Positions 14,030 through 26,899 of a DNA stretch of 64,000 bases are shown here, one piece after another. Source of the DNA: Octopus sinensis (taxonomy: Eukaryota); contig NC_042998.1 of NCBI RefSeq assembly GCF_006345805.1, forward strand, positions 117,986,001-118,050,000, written 5' to 3'. Positions within the stretch are counted from its first letter, which is position 1, and each line of letters opens with the position of its first letter. The notes below the pieces were generated by a model. The model saw nothing but the letters and a program-made list of their open reading frames with translations, was not told where the DNA came from and made no database searches. The position numbers and the translations under genes were made by a program.

Positions 14030-14900
14030 GCCGGTCATGAATTTATAAATTTGTCGTTTATACTGAGTCTTTGTAGATCTTCATTTCCCAAAAGATTTTA
14101 TTTTTCATAAGAAGACCTCAGTGGGTTGCAATTTTCAAGATGACGGCTGGCACGCTAAGGAAGAAATGGGTAATAGTAACAAAAGTTCTGAGGCGGAATA
14201 TTCTAAGAAACTATCAGAACATCCCGTGGAACCTGTCGACTGTACTGTAGACATGTGCACTGCAGCTTTGGTTGTTAACCACAGTTACTCCGAAGTCTCA
14301 AAGATTTTTTGATGCTACGAATGAAAAAACATTTAACTATAATTTTATTCAAACAGGACGTGTGCGATGTTTACCTACTTTATAGCATATGGATATTTTC
14401 CCTTCATTGTAGCGCTGATTATAAATCGGCTTGGTGAATTTCTGGGATATAGCAATATCTGCAAACACATTAGTTTATTACATTTTGTAGAATTTGTAAT
14501 GTATTTATATACATGATAAACATGATAAACAGAAGCCCAACGAAACATCCGCTGAACACCACTAATGTGTTTTGGTTGTCTTGATTAAATTCTATCGATT
14601 ACTGTGGGGATTATTTGTCAGGAAACATTCAGTTGCTTACAGTAGATTTCGACAGACACCAGGCAAATACAATGATTTATTCCAGAATTATGGCTTTTTT
14701 CGGTCGAAAGTTTTACTGAATTCAGTATAGATACGCTCTGCTTTGCGGCATTCGCCCAGAGCTATTAAATGTCGCAAAAGCTTTCCTAGATAGTCTGCCA
14801 CACCATGGGGACCATATTTGTTGATAAACTGTAGTGGCATTTTCTTAACGAACGTAGTTATTTGTGATCTCTTTAAGAATTAAGTAATATGCGAGCTTAG
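14030..14900 (-). mobile_element. Possible highly decayed Tc1/mariner transposase
   Basis: Only scattered motif-like fragments in the expected order across frames. Confidence 0.25.
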
Positions 14901-17899
14901 TGTGCCCAGATGGTAATTCAGTGGGTAAGGAATATACAATGTTTTACAATAAAACCTGAAACCATTTTACTCCCCAGATTACAAAGAAGAGGACGCGTGT
15001 TGGTATGTGCACACCTTCACAATATTAGCGAGGAATCTATCAGTGCATACTATTGTTTAATATTATACCACAAAAATAACTGGAGTGCGCTGATAATTTT
15101 ATCTAGTGGATAGGTCAACGTTTACTTCAAGAATACTACTTAAATCAACCATATCATTATTATTGAAGGTAGACCGGAACTGCCTGAATATATTAGGGTA
15201 TAACATTGGTATTGCTCCTAAGAATATTGTGTCCATCAATCAGTGGTCCAATGAATGAAAATGCACTCTATGCACTTTTGTACGGGGATAGAAATATGTC
15301 TGAATATTACAACAGCCTAGTCTTCTCCGTTACTCGGCTTTTAAAATGAAATACATAGTGTTTTCCGACTCTAGCGTAGTTATTGGCCGTAGAACAGAGT
15401 ATTGCTGCCAGTAGTATGTCAGCTGAATGGAATTTTTGTGTTTGTTAGTAACATATTTTCTGAGAAACGGAGATTGTCATTAGAGAGAAGAGAGAGAAAA
15501 AGAGAGAGAGAGAGAGAGAGAGAGTAACAACCAATAAATGATAGGTCATGGTTAATCGCACGCCAGTTCACTTTGAGATTTATGTATCATATAAATGCAA
15601 TAGTGTCAGTGGGTTTGGTCTAATTGTTGGACGTCGGACAACGGGGCTACAAATGTCATGTCAACGTCACACAGAAAGATATGTTTGACTCTGATATTAT
15701 AAAATGGACCTAGCGTTGTTGCTTATATACGATCGCCCAAAATTTCCTTGTTATGTTGACCTTTGCATAGATTGGGACAAGAGCACATTCATAAATTTGA
15801 AATTATTATCTACTGATGATTCGTAAGGGATAATATGATTTTTTTTCTTTAGAGTATTCATATACATTTCCACAAATGTAAAGCTGCTCACCGTTTACAC
15901 ATATCCAGATTTGAATAGCTCGATGAACAGCTGACGTTTCGAGAAGTTTACTCTCTAATGCAGTGCAGCGTCATGTTTGTGGGTACTATAGTATTGGTTA
16001 AGTTATGTCTTTCGTGATTTACGATGATGTTTATTCTGCAATGGTAACCGATAATATGGTATTTTAGTATATTATATGCATATTATAGTGACAAAATTTC
16101 CATAAGTTTCTGCACACATGCAGGGTGTTATTACCTTAATATTCTGCATACCATGTGCATAAAATGTGCATATCATGTGCCCGGCAAAGAGAATTAGTTC
16201 TTGTGTTTGTAAAAGCAACTTAATTTTATAGATAATATGCGTCGTCTTTTTCCATTTCCTCATGTGTAGTAGTAGAAGATGTCAGAATATCATTGCTATA
16301 CACAACTTGATTTGGTAAGTGATTCTTTAAATCTGTGGACACTTTTCCACTTAAAATAAATACATATTTGGACTGTGAGGACTGTTTTGAATTTTAATAA
16401 GCCTAAATATATTTGCCTGGAGAATTGAAGACAAATTAATTGGTATTAATATCTGGAATGGGAAAATTGGAAACTACAGACCCCAGCAACATTGACATGA
16501 ATTATATTAATATGAAACAGTAACATCCTTGTTACTGTAGAGAAAATAATTACCACGTGAAAAAATATTATAGCTCTTTTCAAATGCGGTAGGCATCGCT
16601 GATTAACGACTTTCTGTAATTTATCTGCAGTTATTTCACACGGAAGTTTATTCGATTTAATAATTTTATTCGATTTAATGGTATTTCACTGGAAAAAAAT
16701 TGCAAACAATACGACTGCCCAACCCTCATAGTATATAAACGATACATTAGCAAGATGAAAATCGTTGCAGCAGTTCAATATGAGCTAAGGCCACAGGTTG
16801 AAACAAGATAAATTTAAACAATCGATGAATGAAAATTATAAATATTCGAGCTGACACAACTTTGCCAGTTTAACGCAGAGGACATAATAGTATTCAAAAA
16901 TATTATATTTGTGCTATTTTGAACTATTTTTAGTGTATTTAGAATCACTTTGTGAATTGCGATAGAAATTGATTTGAGCAGAGATTTTATTGCCATTTTT
17001 AACAGACTTAGTAACCACTCAGTGCTCAATAACATAAGTGTTCATTGCTGCTTTATTTCTTAATTATTTTCCTCTCACAAAGTTGTTCAACTGATGCGTA
17101 GAAAAATTGTAAAGCACAGAATGATTTAGTCTATGCTCAAGACATTTAGTAATATCATCAATGAGATACATTTACTAAACATTATATATATATGCCGAAA
17201 TAAATGCTTAAAACAAAGGCAGTGTAACTAAACCTCATATCAAATAAATCACTGGTTCTATAATGATATGGTATTGTCTAATATAAAATATCTATATCTT
17301 TGAGGAAATTTTATATAAAATGGTAAGTGTTCTTTCTCTATATATACATTGCGAATTTGATTTTCCTAATTCATTGTTGTGATAGCCGTCATCGAACTGT
17401 ATTTATGGTTCGGATGGCAATGAAGAGATTTTGTCGATCTTATCGACCAAATAATTGTACATTTACGAGTTTGCGTGCAACACGTTTCTTTGAAATATGA
17501 AAACAGAGGAAAGCGATTATCATAAAACTTTTTGCGAAAAACTACATTTTTGAAGATTTAATTTTTTTATATTTATAATCATTTTTACGAAGGTCTTTTT
17601 AAATATATGCATGTGTGTGTGTGTGTTCATAAAGTGAGAGATTTATTAATGTATTTAATCATATTGATCATCCATCATATTTCACTCAGACAGTATAAGT
17701 TACTCGTGGTTATACTGTAGAAGGCAGAGATCTCAGAAAAGTTTCACTAAAAGAGAACGGACTCGGATATACATGACTGTCCACCACAATTATTAACTGT
17801 ATGACTATGAATATGATTACGTGTATAGCTCTTGTAGATATAATTCTACCTTATCACTTCCTAACCACAATCATCAGCTCACAATCACAACCAGCCAAA

Positions 17900-18415
17900 T
17901 GCAAAGACTAGCTGATTTTCAGTTTCGCTCCAAAATATGCACTCTTCAGGTTGTTTGCATTCTCAGGTAGTGCTATTTATTCCACTAATGGCAACATGAA
18001 ATGTTAGGGGTTACTTTATAGCCGCACTAATTAAACCTTCAATTCTTACATCTATTAAACTATCTCCTTAATTTCCAGCATAGTATAAATTACAGATTAA
18101 CTAATAAAAGCATCGGCGCATTTACATTTCTTGGATGTTTCGTGCTCCTCTATACCAAGCCGCCAAATTAGATGTGTATGCTTGGATCCTACATGATGCA
18201 TCAATGTTTTCTTGCACCAAGTTCGTTCTTGGATTTATCAACAGAGCCTTTCTCTTGCTGTGGTAACAATGATCTCTATATCACATATATACCCTTAATA
18301 TCTTGAAATAAAAATTTTTTAACCTTGTGAATCAATGCTTTTCCTAATAGAAGGTTCATTCCTCAATTTTTATATTCCCGTCTGTGCAATTATTCTCATC
18401 TCATTAATGCTTCTT
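17900..18415 (-). mobile_element. Possible decayed CR1-like LINE 3' fragment
   Basis: Weak motifs (IVTTAR, WN..ALPE) across frameshifts. Confidence 0.25.
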
Positions 18416-18429
18416 CACTCCACCCCACT

Positions 18430-21400
18430 AAACTACTTTTGCTGCATATTACAGACGATACGAAGACCTATTCCGAGAGGAATGCAAGGGATGGCCTAGT
18501 GAAAAGAAGGTAAAGCTCCTTTTGCAAAAACTTGCTACGAAAATATTTGTAAATTTATTTTGACGAGAAAGCTCGTGGAATTGTGTTTTGATGAAATGAT
18601 AAATATTTTGACTAATGTTTTTAGCGAGGAAAGTTCACAGATTAACATTCGACGGAAATGTTTAAGTTTAAAGAAAAATGAGTCCGATGATTTTTAACAT
18701 ATGCCGGTATGGTTAATAAGGCTTGCGAAAGGTTTAATCCGGAAGAATTAAAGCCAGATATGTTCAAGTGCCTAATATTCGTTTAAGGGCTAGTGGCAAG
18801 GGAAGACGCCGAAATTAGAAAAAGAATATTATCAAAGTTGAATCAAGATGTGAAGCTCACTTTGCAGAAAGTAGCTGAGGAATGCCAACAAATAATAAAC
18901 CTTCGAAATGATACAAGAAAGATAGTAGATAAGAATAATAATGTAAAAATGTGTAAAGAAAGTACAGAAAGAAGGAAAATTTAACATGGCGTAAGATAGG
19001 CAGGCCGTTGTATAAAAAAAAAACTTCTTGGAAAGTCCACGGTGTGTCAGGGGAACGAGTTCAATTCTTGGGCGAAATTTCACCAGAAATAAAACTTAAA
19101 AACAGGACGCGGAGATGTAAACTAATGGTGTCTAAGAATACAATGAATCTGTTCGGGACAGATTTAATGGAAGGATTCAACCTGTGGGATCTATTACTGA
19201 ATACATTATGTACCAAGGTGGATGCGTCACAGTCCGTCTCAGAGAAAGCATCGGAAAAAATGAAAGATGCACCCTGATATTTTTTCGAAAGAGCTCGGTA
19301 TGTATAAAAAATTAAAGTAAAGTTTAGTTGAAAGAAAATGCGGTGCCCGTGTTCAAACCGAAAAGTAATGTACCTTTTGCGTCGTTAAATCAAGTTGAGA
19401 AGGAATTTAAAAGATTAGAAGACATATAATCGAAAAAGTAGACTACTCTGAGTGGGCAGCTCCTACGGTATATATAAAAAAAGAACAACGAGGTAAGAGT
19501 ATGTGCGAACTTCTCAACTGGTCTTAATGATTGTTTAAAAAATTACAATTATCCGCTTCCAAACCCAGAAGTATTTGCTAAGTGCAATGGTGGGAAACTT
19601 TTTTCCAAGCTGGATTTGCCAGAGGCCTACCTCCAACTACTGGTAGATGAAGAATTTGCTAAATTCGATTTTTTTTATTTCCCACCAGAGGACGAGAATG
19701 TGCTAAAATATTAACAATCAATACTCATAAAGGTCTGTACCGTTTCAAAAGACTGCCATTTGGGGTAAAGGTCGCACCAAAAATATTTCAGCAAGTGATG
19801 GATACTATGCTAGCAGATTGTGAGTTCCATACTTGGATAACATATTGATCAAAAGTGAATCAAGGGACCAACATATTGAACATAGAGAAGAGGTTTTCAA
19901 ACGAATATGTGATTACGGGTTTAAAGTAAGATAGGATAAATGTGATTTTTTCTTTACAGAAATACAGTACTTAAGACAGATGATCGATGAAAACGGACGA
20001 AAACCAGACCATTCTAGGATCGACGCGATGAAAAAATGCCTACTCCCATTAAGAGCTCCATTGAATAAGTTGCTAAAGAAGGATTCGAAAAGGAGCTGGA
20101 CAAACGAATGTCAGAAATCATTAGAGAAATTTTAAAAAGCGGTTAACATCAGAGTTATCATTAACTAATTTCGACCCAACTCTGAAACTATGTGTGGCAT
20201 CGGATGCCAATGAATATGGTATAGGAGCTGTGATATTGCATAAATTTAATGATGGTAAAATCAAAGCTATTGCACATGCATCGTGAATTCTATTACCAGC
20301 GGAAAACAAAAAAAAAACTACAGCCAGATTGAAAAAGAGGCGTTATAATTAATCTTCGCAGTAAAAACAATTCCATAAATTCTTACATGGTAGGAAATTT
20401 AAACTAGAAATAGATCACTAACCGTTATTGGATATTTCTGTTCGAAAAAGTGTATCCCAACGCACTCAGCAAACCGCTTACAGCACTGGAGGACTACTCT
20501 GTTGAACTACGATTTCCAGATAGATGTTTCGCCATGAATGAAACTGGGACACGCAGTCTAGGCTAATTCCAAAATATGAGGAACCTTTTGAAGACACGGT
20601 GATATCAATCGTTAAGACTAGAAATGGAACTGAAGAATATTTTGTGCAATGTAGCAGGTGATTTGCCGGTAACGCTGGAAGAAATTAAATAGAAATCGGG
20701 AAATGATAGGTTTAAAAATAAGATTTTTAAAATGTTGAGTAACACGAACAATATATATCAGCGGGACGCAGGTTCAAAGCACTATTCAGTATGTGATGAG
20801 GTATTATTATATGCACAAAGAGTGGTAATGCCTGAAGCACTGCAAAACTGAGTATTAAAAGACTTTTATGTAGGATATCCGGGTATTGTCCGGATGAAGA
20901 GCCTTATGAGAAATTAGGTTTATTGGCCGAATATGGGCAGCTAAATTGAGAGACTGGTAAACCACTGTAGTGGATGCACTGTGGCAGCAAAGGCGCCCCC
21001 AGTGTAGTTTCAGCCGTGACCAAAAATGGATTCGGCATGGTCTAGACTACATGTGGATTTCACAGGACAAATAAATAGCTCTCATTATATCATTGTGGTG
21101 GATAGCTATTCTAAATGGCCTGAAGTGTGTAAATGTTCAAGGCCAACCATAAGTGTGACTATTGACTTCTTGGAAGAACTCTTCGCTCGTTATGGAATGC
21201 CAGATACGATCGTGTCAGATAATGGTACACAATTCACGGCGAAGGAGTTCGAAAGATTCTGCAAGTTGGTTCAGATGAAGCACGTGTTAACTCCCTCATA
21301 CCATCCAAGGTCAAATGTGTTAGCAGAAAGATTCGTCGACACATTCAAGAAAGCCTTAAGAAGACCAGACGGGAAATCCTTGAAGATACAAGTATGACAA

Positions 21401-21936
21401 AGCTTTTGCAGGTGTATGGAATAACATCGAATCCAAATGCAGAATCGGGTAGGTTACACGCAGATTTGATATTTCCCAGAAAAATTCCTTCTATTTTTGA
21501 CAAATGGTTGCCGAGCAAGAAACAGAAAGTAGAAAATACAGGGAAAAAAAAGAAATTTTTAACACAGGTAACAAAGTGTATTTTAAAATATATAGTAACG
21601 GAAGAAAAGGACTGGGAACAAGTAAGTATAACTGGACGTCTGGATAACGTGATGTACATGGTAAAAGGACCAAAATATGAACACAGAAGGCATTTAAACG
21701 AATTAAAAAAAGATATACCAAAAACCAAGGGAGGCTAGAAGAACCAATGGATTTATGGTATGATTTGTTCGAGGTCCCAGAAGCACAAGCAAAAGCAGAA
21801 CCGACACGTTGGTCGAACAGGAAAAGAGAACCGACAGAAATGATGGAAATTAACGCTAAGAGAAAAAAATTACGCCAATTTCTCACCGAGGAAATAAAAT
21901 TGATAAATTCGGGTATAAAAATTCAAAAGGGGCAGA
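18430..21936 (+). mobile_element. Ty3/gypsy LTR retrotransposon internal region (gag, RT, RNase H, integrase), pseudogenised
   Basis: gag YYRRYEDLFREECKGW and FKCLIFV*GL..EIRKRILSKL. RT LDLPEAYLQL and TINTHKGLYRFKRLPFGV. RH ASDANEYGIGAVI. IN WSRLHVDFTG...VSDNGTQFT...HPRSNVLAERFVDTFK. Many stops and frameshifts. PPT-like aaaaggggcaga at 21925-21936. Confidence 0.92.
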
Positions 21937-22285
21937 TGTTGTGCGGACGCCCCTAGACGATGAAGTATGATAGCCCAATACGTAGATATATAGGGAGAAG
22001 TCTAGACAACCGTACGTGCGATATAACACTACCAGACGTAGGGGCTTCAAGGAAGGAAAGATGAATAGTAACATAATCATAGGATAAGGTTTTAGCAAGT
22101 GAAAATAATTATGACTGAAAAATTGCCATTCTCGAAACAACTTCTTCATACGGCTGCACAGTTACTTTCGATATGTTAGCTAAGGATAACAAAATTTGCA
22201 CCAAATATGGCATCACGTCTCCGATTGGTACAGAAAATATGATAATTTCAGCTGCATAAGAAAACAAGCGATCTACATACACAAT

Positions 22286-22288
<3 letters not shown>
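21937..22288 (+). repeat. Candidate 3' LTR of the gypsy element
   Basis: Begins TGTTG right after the polypurine tract. The CA end is uncertain and no 5' copy was seen. Confidence 0.45.
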
Positions 22289-22339
<51 letters not shown>

Positions 22340-23064
22340 CTATGTATTTACGTATGAATGTATGCATACACCTATGTATGTGTGTGTGTTTGTGTATGCA
22401 TATATAAGATGAGACAGACTTGTAGTCAATCACGAATATATATATATATTCTTAGAAGTGCAAGAACAAAATGTGTGTCTCTGTGTGGGTGGTTTTACAT
22501 TACCAAACGGTATTTATTAATAAATTTATATATTAGAAAAATGTCTTTGATATGTAGATCAAAATATTTACTTATAATTGTATGGTGATTAAATAGTTTA
22601 GTAATTAATACAGACCCTTTTGAAAAATGACAAAATGGCAATAGCATTACTTTTGATGATATAATCTAACTACGCTACACACTGTTCCCTTGCCAATAAT
22701 TTAATAATTATTTTCTTTTTAAATTCCTTTTAATGAATTTGGTGAACTGAAATGAATTCGATTTTACTTTCTTTTTCTCTTTTCAATATTCTATACAGAA
22801 GATATATGCGTTTGTATAGAATTATATTATGTTACTGCACATTCGTTACTATGATATATATATATATATATATACAAAGAGCAATAAAGATTCAAGTTAA
22901 TTTAAAAAATTTACTTGAATATGGTACCTACTTAGATGCACCAAAAAACTATACTGATTTAACAATACAGTATGTGGGTGATTATAAGCGAGAAAGAAGC
23001 AACAAGAATATAGGTTTTTAGAGAAGCAACAAGAATGGATAGGTTTCTAGAGAACTTACATGTA

Positions 23065-23153
23065 TTTTAGCTGATGAGTACGGACTCGTTTATATGCTGT
23101 AATCTTTGCAACTTTTATAAAACCTGTCCTTGTATGAAACGATCGTACTAAAA
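23065..23153 (+). ncRNA. Type I hammerhead ribozyme, canonical core, long stem II
   Basis: ttttag-CTGATGA-gtac ggac...gtcc tt gtat-GAAA-cgatcg-TA-ctaaaa. Stem III is the palindrome ACGATCGT. Predicted cleavage after A23147. Confidence 0.8.
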
Positions 23154-23231
23154 CCTATCCATTCTTGTTGCTTCTTTCTCGCTTATATATATACATATAT
23201 ATATATACATGTGTGTGTGTGTTCACATATG

Positions 23232-23290
<59 letters not shown>

Positions 23291-23560
23291 GTATGTATGT
23301 ATGTATATAATCACACATACATACGTATAAATGAGTTCTCTTCTGAGTATTTTTTGTGAATGTCAAAAGATTTCTTTATGCCAAAATTTGTACATATAAT
23401 TCATGAACTAAAATTGTAAATAATATCTATTTCAATACAAATGTCTGTAGTTAAACCGAATATATGTGTGTGAGCTTCTTATTCGAATATTTGTTGGAAC
23501 AGAAGTTTTCAGCCAATATTTTGCTGTTATCCTATGTTTATTGTCGAATAAAAAAAAAAA

Positions 23561-23881
23561 GACTCCGCCGGTTACGACGACGAGGGTCCCAGCTGATACG
23601 ATCAACGGAACAGCTTGCTCGTGAAATTAACGTGCAAATGGCTGAGCATTCCACAGACACGTGTACCCTTAACGTAGTTCTCGGGGATAATCAGCGTGAC
23701 ACAGAGAGTGACAAGGCTGACCCTTTGAAATACAAGTACAACTCATTTTTGCCAGCTGAGTGGACTGGAGCAACGTGAAATAAAGTGTCTTGCTCAAGGA
23801 CACAACGCGTCGCCGGGAATCGAACTCACAACCTTACGATCATGAGCCGAATGCCCTAACCACTAAGCCACGCGCCCTCAC
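23561..23881 (-). mobile_element. tRNA-derived SINE (family B) with 14-bp target-site duplication
   Basis: rc head tggcttagtgg...gttcgattccc. TSD tattgtcgaataaa at 23539-23552 and 23882-23895. Confidence 0.9.
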
Positions 23882-24669
23882 TATTGTCGAATAAACGTAT
23901 TGTGAAGCACTAAAGATATCCTGCAACTAAGCATTCAAAGTAAATTATTATATTGTAAAAATAATCCGTATAGAAACCATTTAATATTTGTTTAACTATT
24001 GTAATTTTTTTCATATTTGCCGTTTACAAATATGAATTTTATATTCATTATGTACCTATATATTCTAATTCAAAATCAAGACATTGAGAAGTGTATAACT
24101 TGTTCGAATGTGGAGAGAGATATGATATTATACGGAGATCTTATATCTTGTTAAATTATGTCTCATTGTGAAAGTCAAGCAAGCATTCAACCGCAAATAC
24201 ATTTAACCTAAGTATATAATTTAAATAAAATTTCTTTCTGATAAAGCTTATGTTCTCCCCTATGTATTACAAAGTTATATTTTCCAGTAAACAGAAAGAA
24301 TGAAAATATATATAGTTTTAAGTAAAAGTATCCATGAGGTCAGTAGACACTCTTTAGACGTAATCAATCCTTGGCTGAAATTTCAGAGCTCACAGAACTG
24401 GCAAGATACACAAAAAAATTCAGAATTTTGACAAAATTTATGTTAAATTCTTTCATGCTTGTCATGCATATCAACTTTTCACGGCAATTTCACCACAAAT
24501 TACGGTAAACGGTGTGAATAGAACATTATCAGCTCTGTAAACCGCTAAAAGCGCATTTCTGTATCTTTTGCCGTCTTCAGTAATGGATACGATAGAATCG
24601 TATCCGTTACTGCAGCATTATGCCGTCTATACAATACTACGTATATATATATATATATGTGTGTGTGTA

Positions 24670-25715
24670 TGTGTGTAATAAAATATGAGACAATTATTTG
24701 GTTGCCACAATAAAACTCCGAGTTTCGGATGTCAGGGCAGAAATCTGCTTCGGCATCTCGTCTGTTATTAATAGAAACAAAAATGCAATGAAAATGACCG
24801 TTAAATAAAAGGGCAAAACACAAAATCGGAGAAAGTAAAAAACGCTCACAGAATTCGCGTACGCGCGCATACACATACATACACAAGCGCGCACGCACAC
24901 CTACGTACATGCGTATATATGCATATGCTCACTCACACACGGGTGAAACACATACATGCACATCCACACACACACCTATATGTATACATATATATGAAAC
25001 CATACACGTGTACACTTATACATACCTGCACTCACGCACACATACACGTAGATATACCAATACGTGCACAATTATGTTCATATACACGTCTATATACGCA
25101 TATGCACAAAAATAAGGGTGAAAGGTAATATACAGAAAAAATGTAAAAATACATAAAGTAATTCAAATATATAAAACTATCTAAAAATATGTATTTAAAA
25201 ATATAGAGAACTAAAATGCTTGTACGTGGACATAATATAAAAAGCAGGTTCTATCTGTGATGTCGGGAGGGCCAAGAACGTAACAAATATTTAGCCACAT
25301 TGTGACGTGTTCCAAAATGTTCAGTTCTTGAATTTAGACATGTAGCGGGGTCTAAGCTGCTTTTCCAGATGAGCCTTCTTTCCATAGCACCAAGACTGCA
25401 CTTTCCACTGCCGTTGGTGCAAGGCTTACACTTGGCTAAGATCTTCTAATGGATGTTGTGAATGACACCTTTTCCTTTCAAGGGCCATATATATCTGGGT
25501 AATTTTTTTTGTTGTTTTTCTTTTTTCCAAGTGTCTGAAGCTCAAGGTGTGATTGTTGAACCTGATTTTAAATTTCCTCTTTGTGAACCCACACATTTTT
25601 GGGATGAAACTCTGTCCTTAGTGGTTGTAGAGTCAACGGTGGTTTCAAAATTATGGTCTCGAACATGCAAGCTCCATTTAGTAGGCACACATTTTTATTC
25701 CTGCATGACAGATGG
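24670..25715 (-). mobile_element. Penelope-like element fragment (GIY-YIG plus 3' pLTR), older copy of the 60-61 kb family
   Basis: rc reads KILAKCKPCTNGSGKCSLGAMERRLIWKSSLDPATCLNSRTE, homologous to ORF 60440-61228. 24700-24810 aligns with the pLTR at 60190-60300. Confidence 0.8.
24709..24769 (-). ncRNA. Type I HHR-like motif, CAGACGA core
   Basis: rc: aataa-cagacga-gatg ccgaa gcag attt ctgc cctga catc-c-gaaa-ctc g gag-tt-ttatt. Confidence 0.6.
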
Positions 25716-25871
25716 TTTCGTTTTGTTGTGTTTGTATATATTAATAAAGATATCTATCTTTCTATCTGCCTGCCTTTTGTCTATCTATCTATCCATCTCC
25801 TGACTTCTCTCTTTTCCACCAATTTCAGGCCTCGTGCCAAAATATGAAACCACAAAGGCTATATATATATG

Positions 25872-26240
25872 CACTCGTTTCCTTCTGTCATTTAAATGCA
25901 GCCATGCTAAAGCACCGCCTTAAGTTTTTTTTTTAGTAAGAGAAATCCTTGTAAGTCTAGAACATATTATATTAGTTTCTTGTGCCGAAACACTAGGTTA
26001 CAGGACCTAAAGACACCAACATCGGTTGTCAAGCAGTGATGGGGTAAAACACACAGACAAAGATACACATACACATGTGTGTGCGTGCGTGTGTGCGCGT
26101 GTGTGTTTGACGGGCGTCTATGAGTTTCCCTCTACCAAATCCACTCGTAAGGTTTTAGTCAGCCCGAGGCAGAAGTAGAAGAAACCTACTCAATGAACTA
26201 CGGGCAGTGAGGTGAGGAGCTTGCTTCCCAACCGCATGGT
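25872..26240 (-). mobile_element. Degenerate family A SINE with an inverted head fragment
   Basis: Body is in minus orientation. 26218-26240 (agcttgcttcccaaccgcatggt) matches the head in plus orientation. Confidence 0.6.
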
Positions 26241-26286
26241 GGAAAAAGATGTGAACCTATAACGATATTTTTCAACTATATATATA

Positions 26287-26337
<51 letters not shown>

Positions 26338-26899
26338 AAGTGTGTGTGTGTGTGTGTGTATGTGTATTATTGTGTTTTATACCGCTAATTACTAATAGAA
26401 CAGGTTGAATTGTTTCTTTTCAAGACTAAGTGCAGCGCTCTTAGTGGTCGCTGGTAGTAGTAAGCACATTTGAGCTCTGCTGAACCAAAGGGCGCGAATA
26501 TTCTTTTGTCTCTATATCTCACCTCCCCACCATCTGCCGAATCAATTTATAAACCTGTAGAATTTGATCTATACACCAAGCTGCTAGTCTGCCCCCAAAT
26601 GTTTCCTCCAACAACCACATATTTCTGATTATCTCAACTACAGGACAAAAACTGAAAATCAAAAGCATTTAATAAAATATTTTAATGATAAATGGAAATA
26701 ATAATAATGGTAATAACAATAGTATTGATGGTGATGGTGATAATGATAAAAATAAAAATAATGAAAATATGCTGCAACTGCTCATACTACAACTACTACT
26801 ATTCTGATCAAACACAGGAATCTGAGGCCCAACTACTATCACTACCCCCACCTGTGTAACCTATGAGTCTGTTAATATAACAATGACAAATAGTAAAAA

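Noticed and set aside
23800-23881. tRNA genes at SINE heads (also 5860 and 60000)
   Set aside because: They have A and B boxes but no complete cloverleaf, and they continue into SINE bodies, one with a TSD.
24540-24585. CUGAAGA...GAAA on minus beside the 16-bp hairpin
   Set aside because: Stems II and III do not pair.
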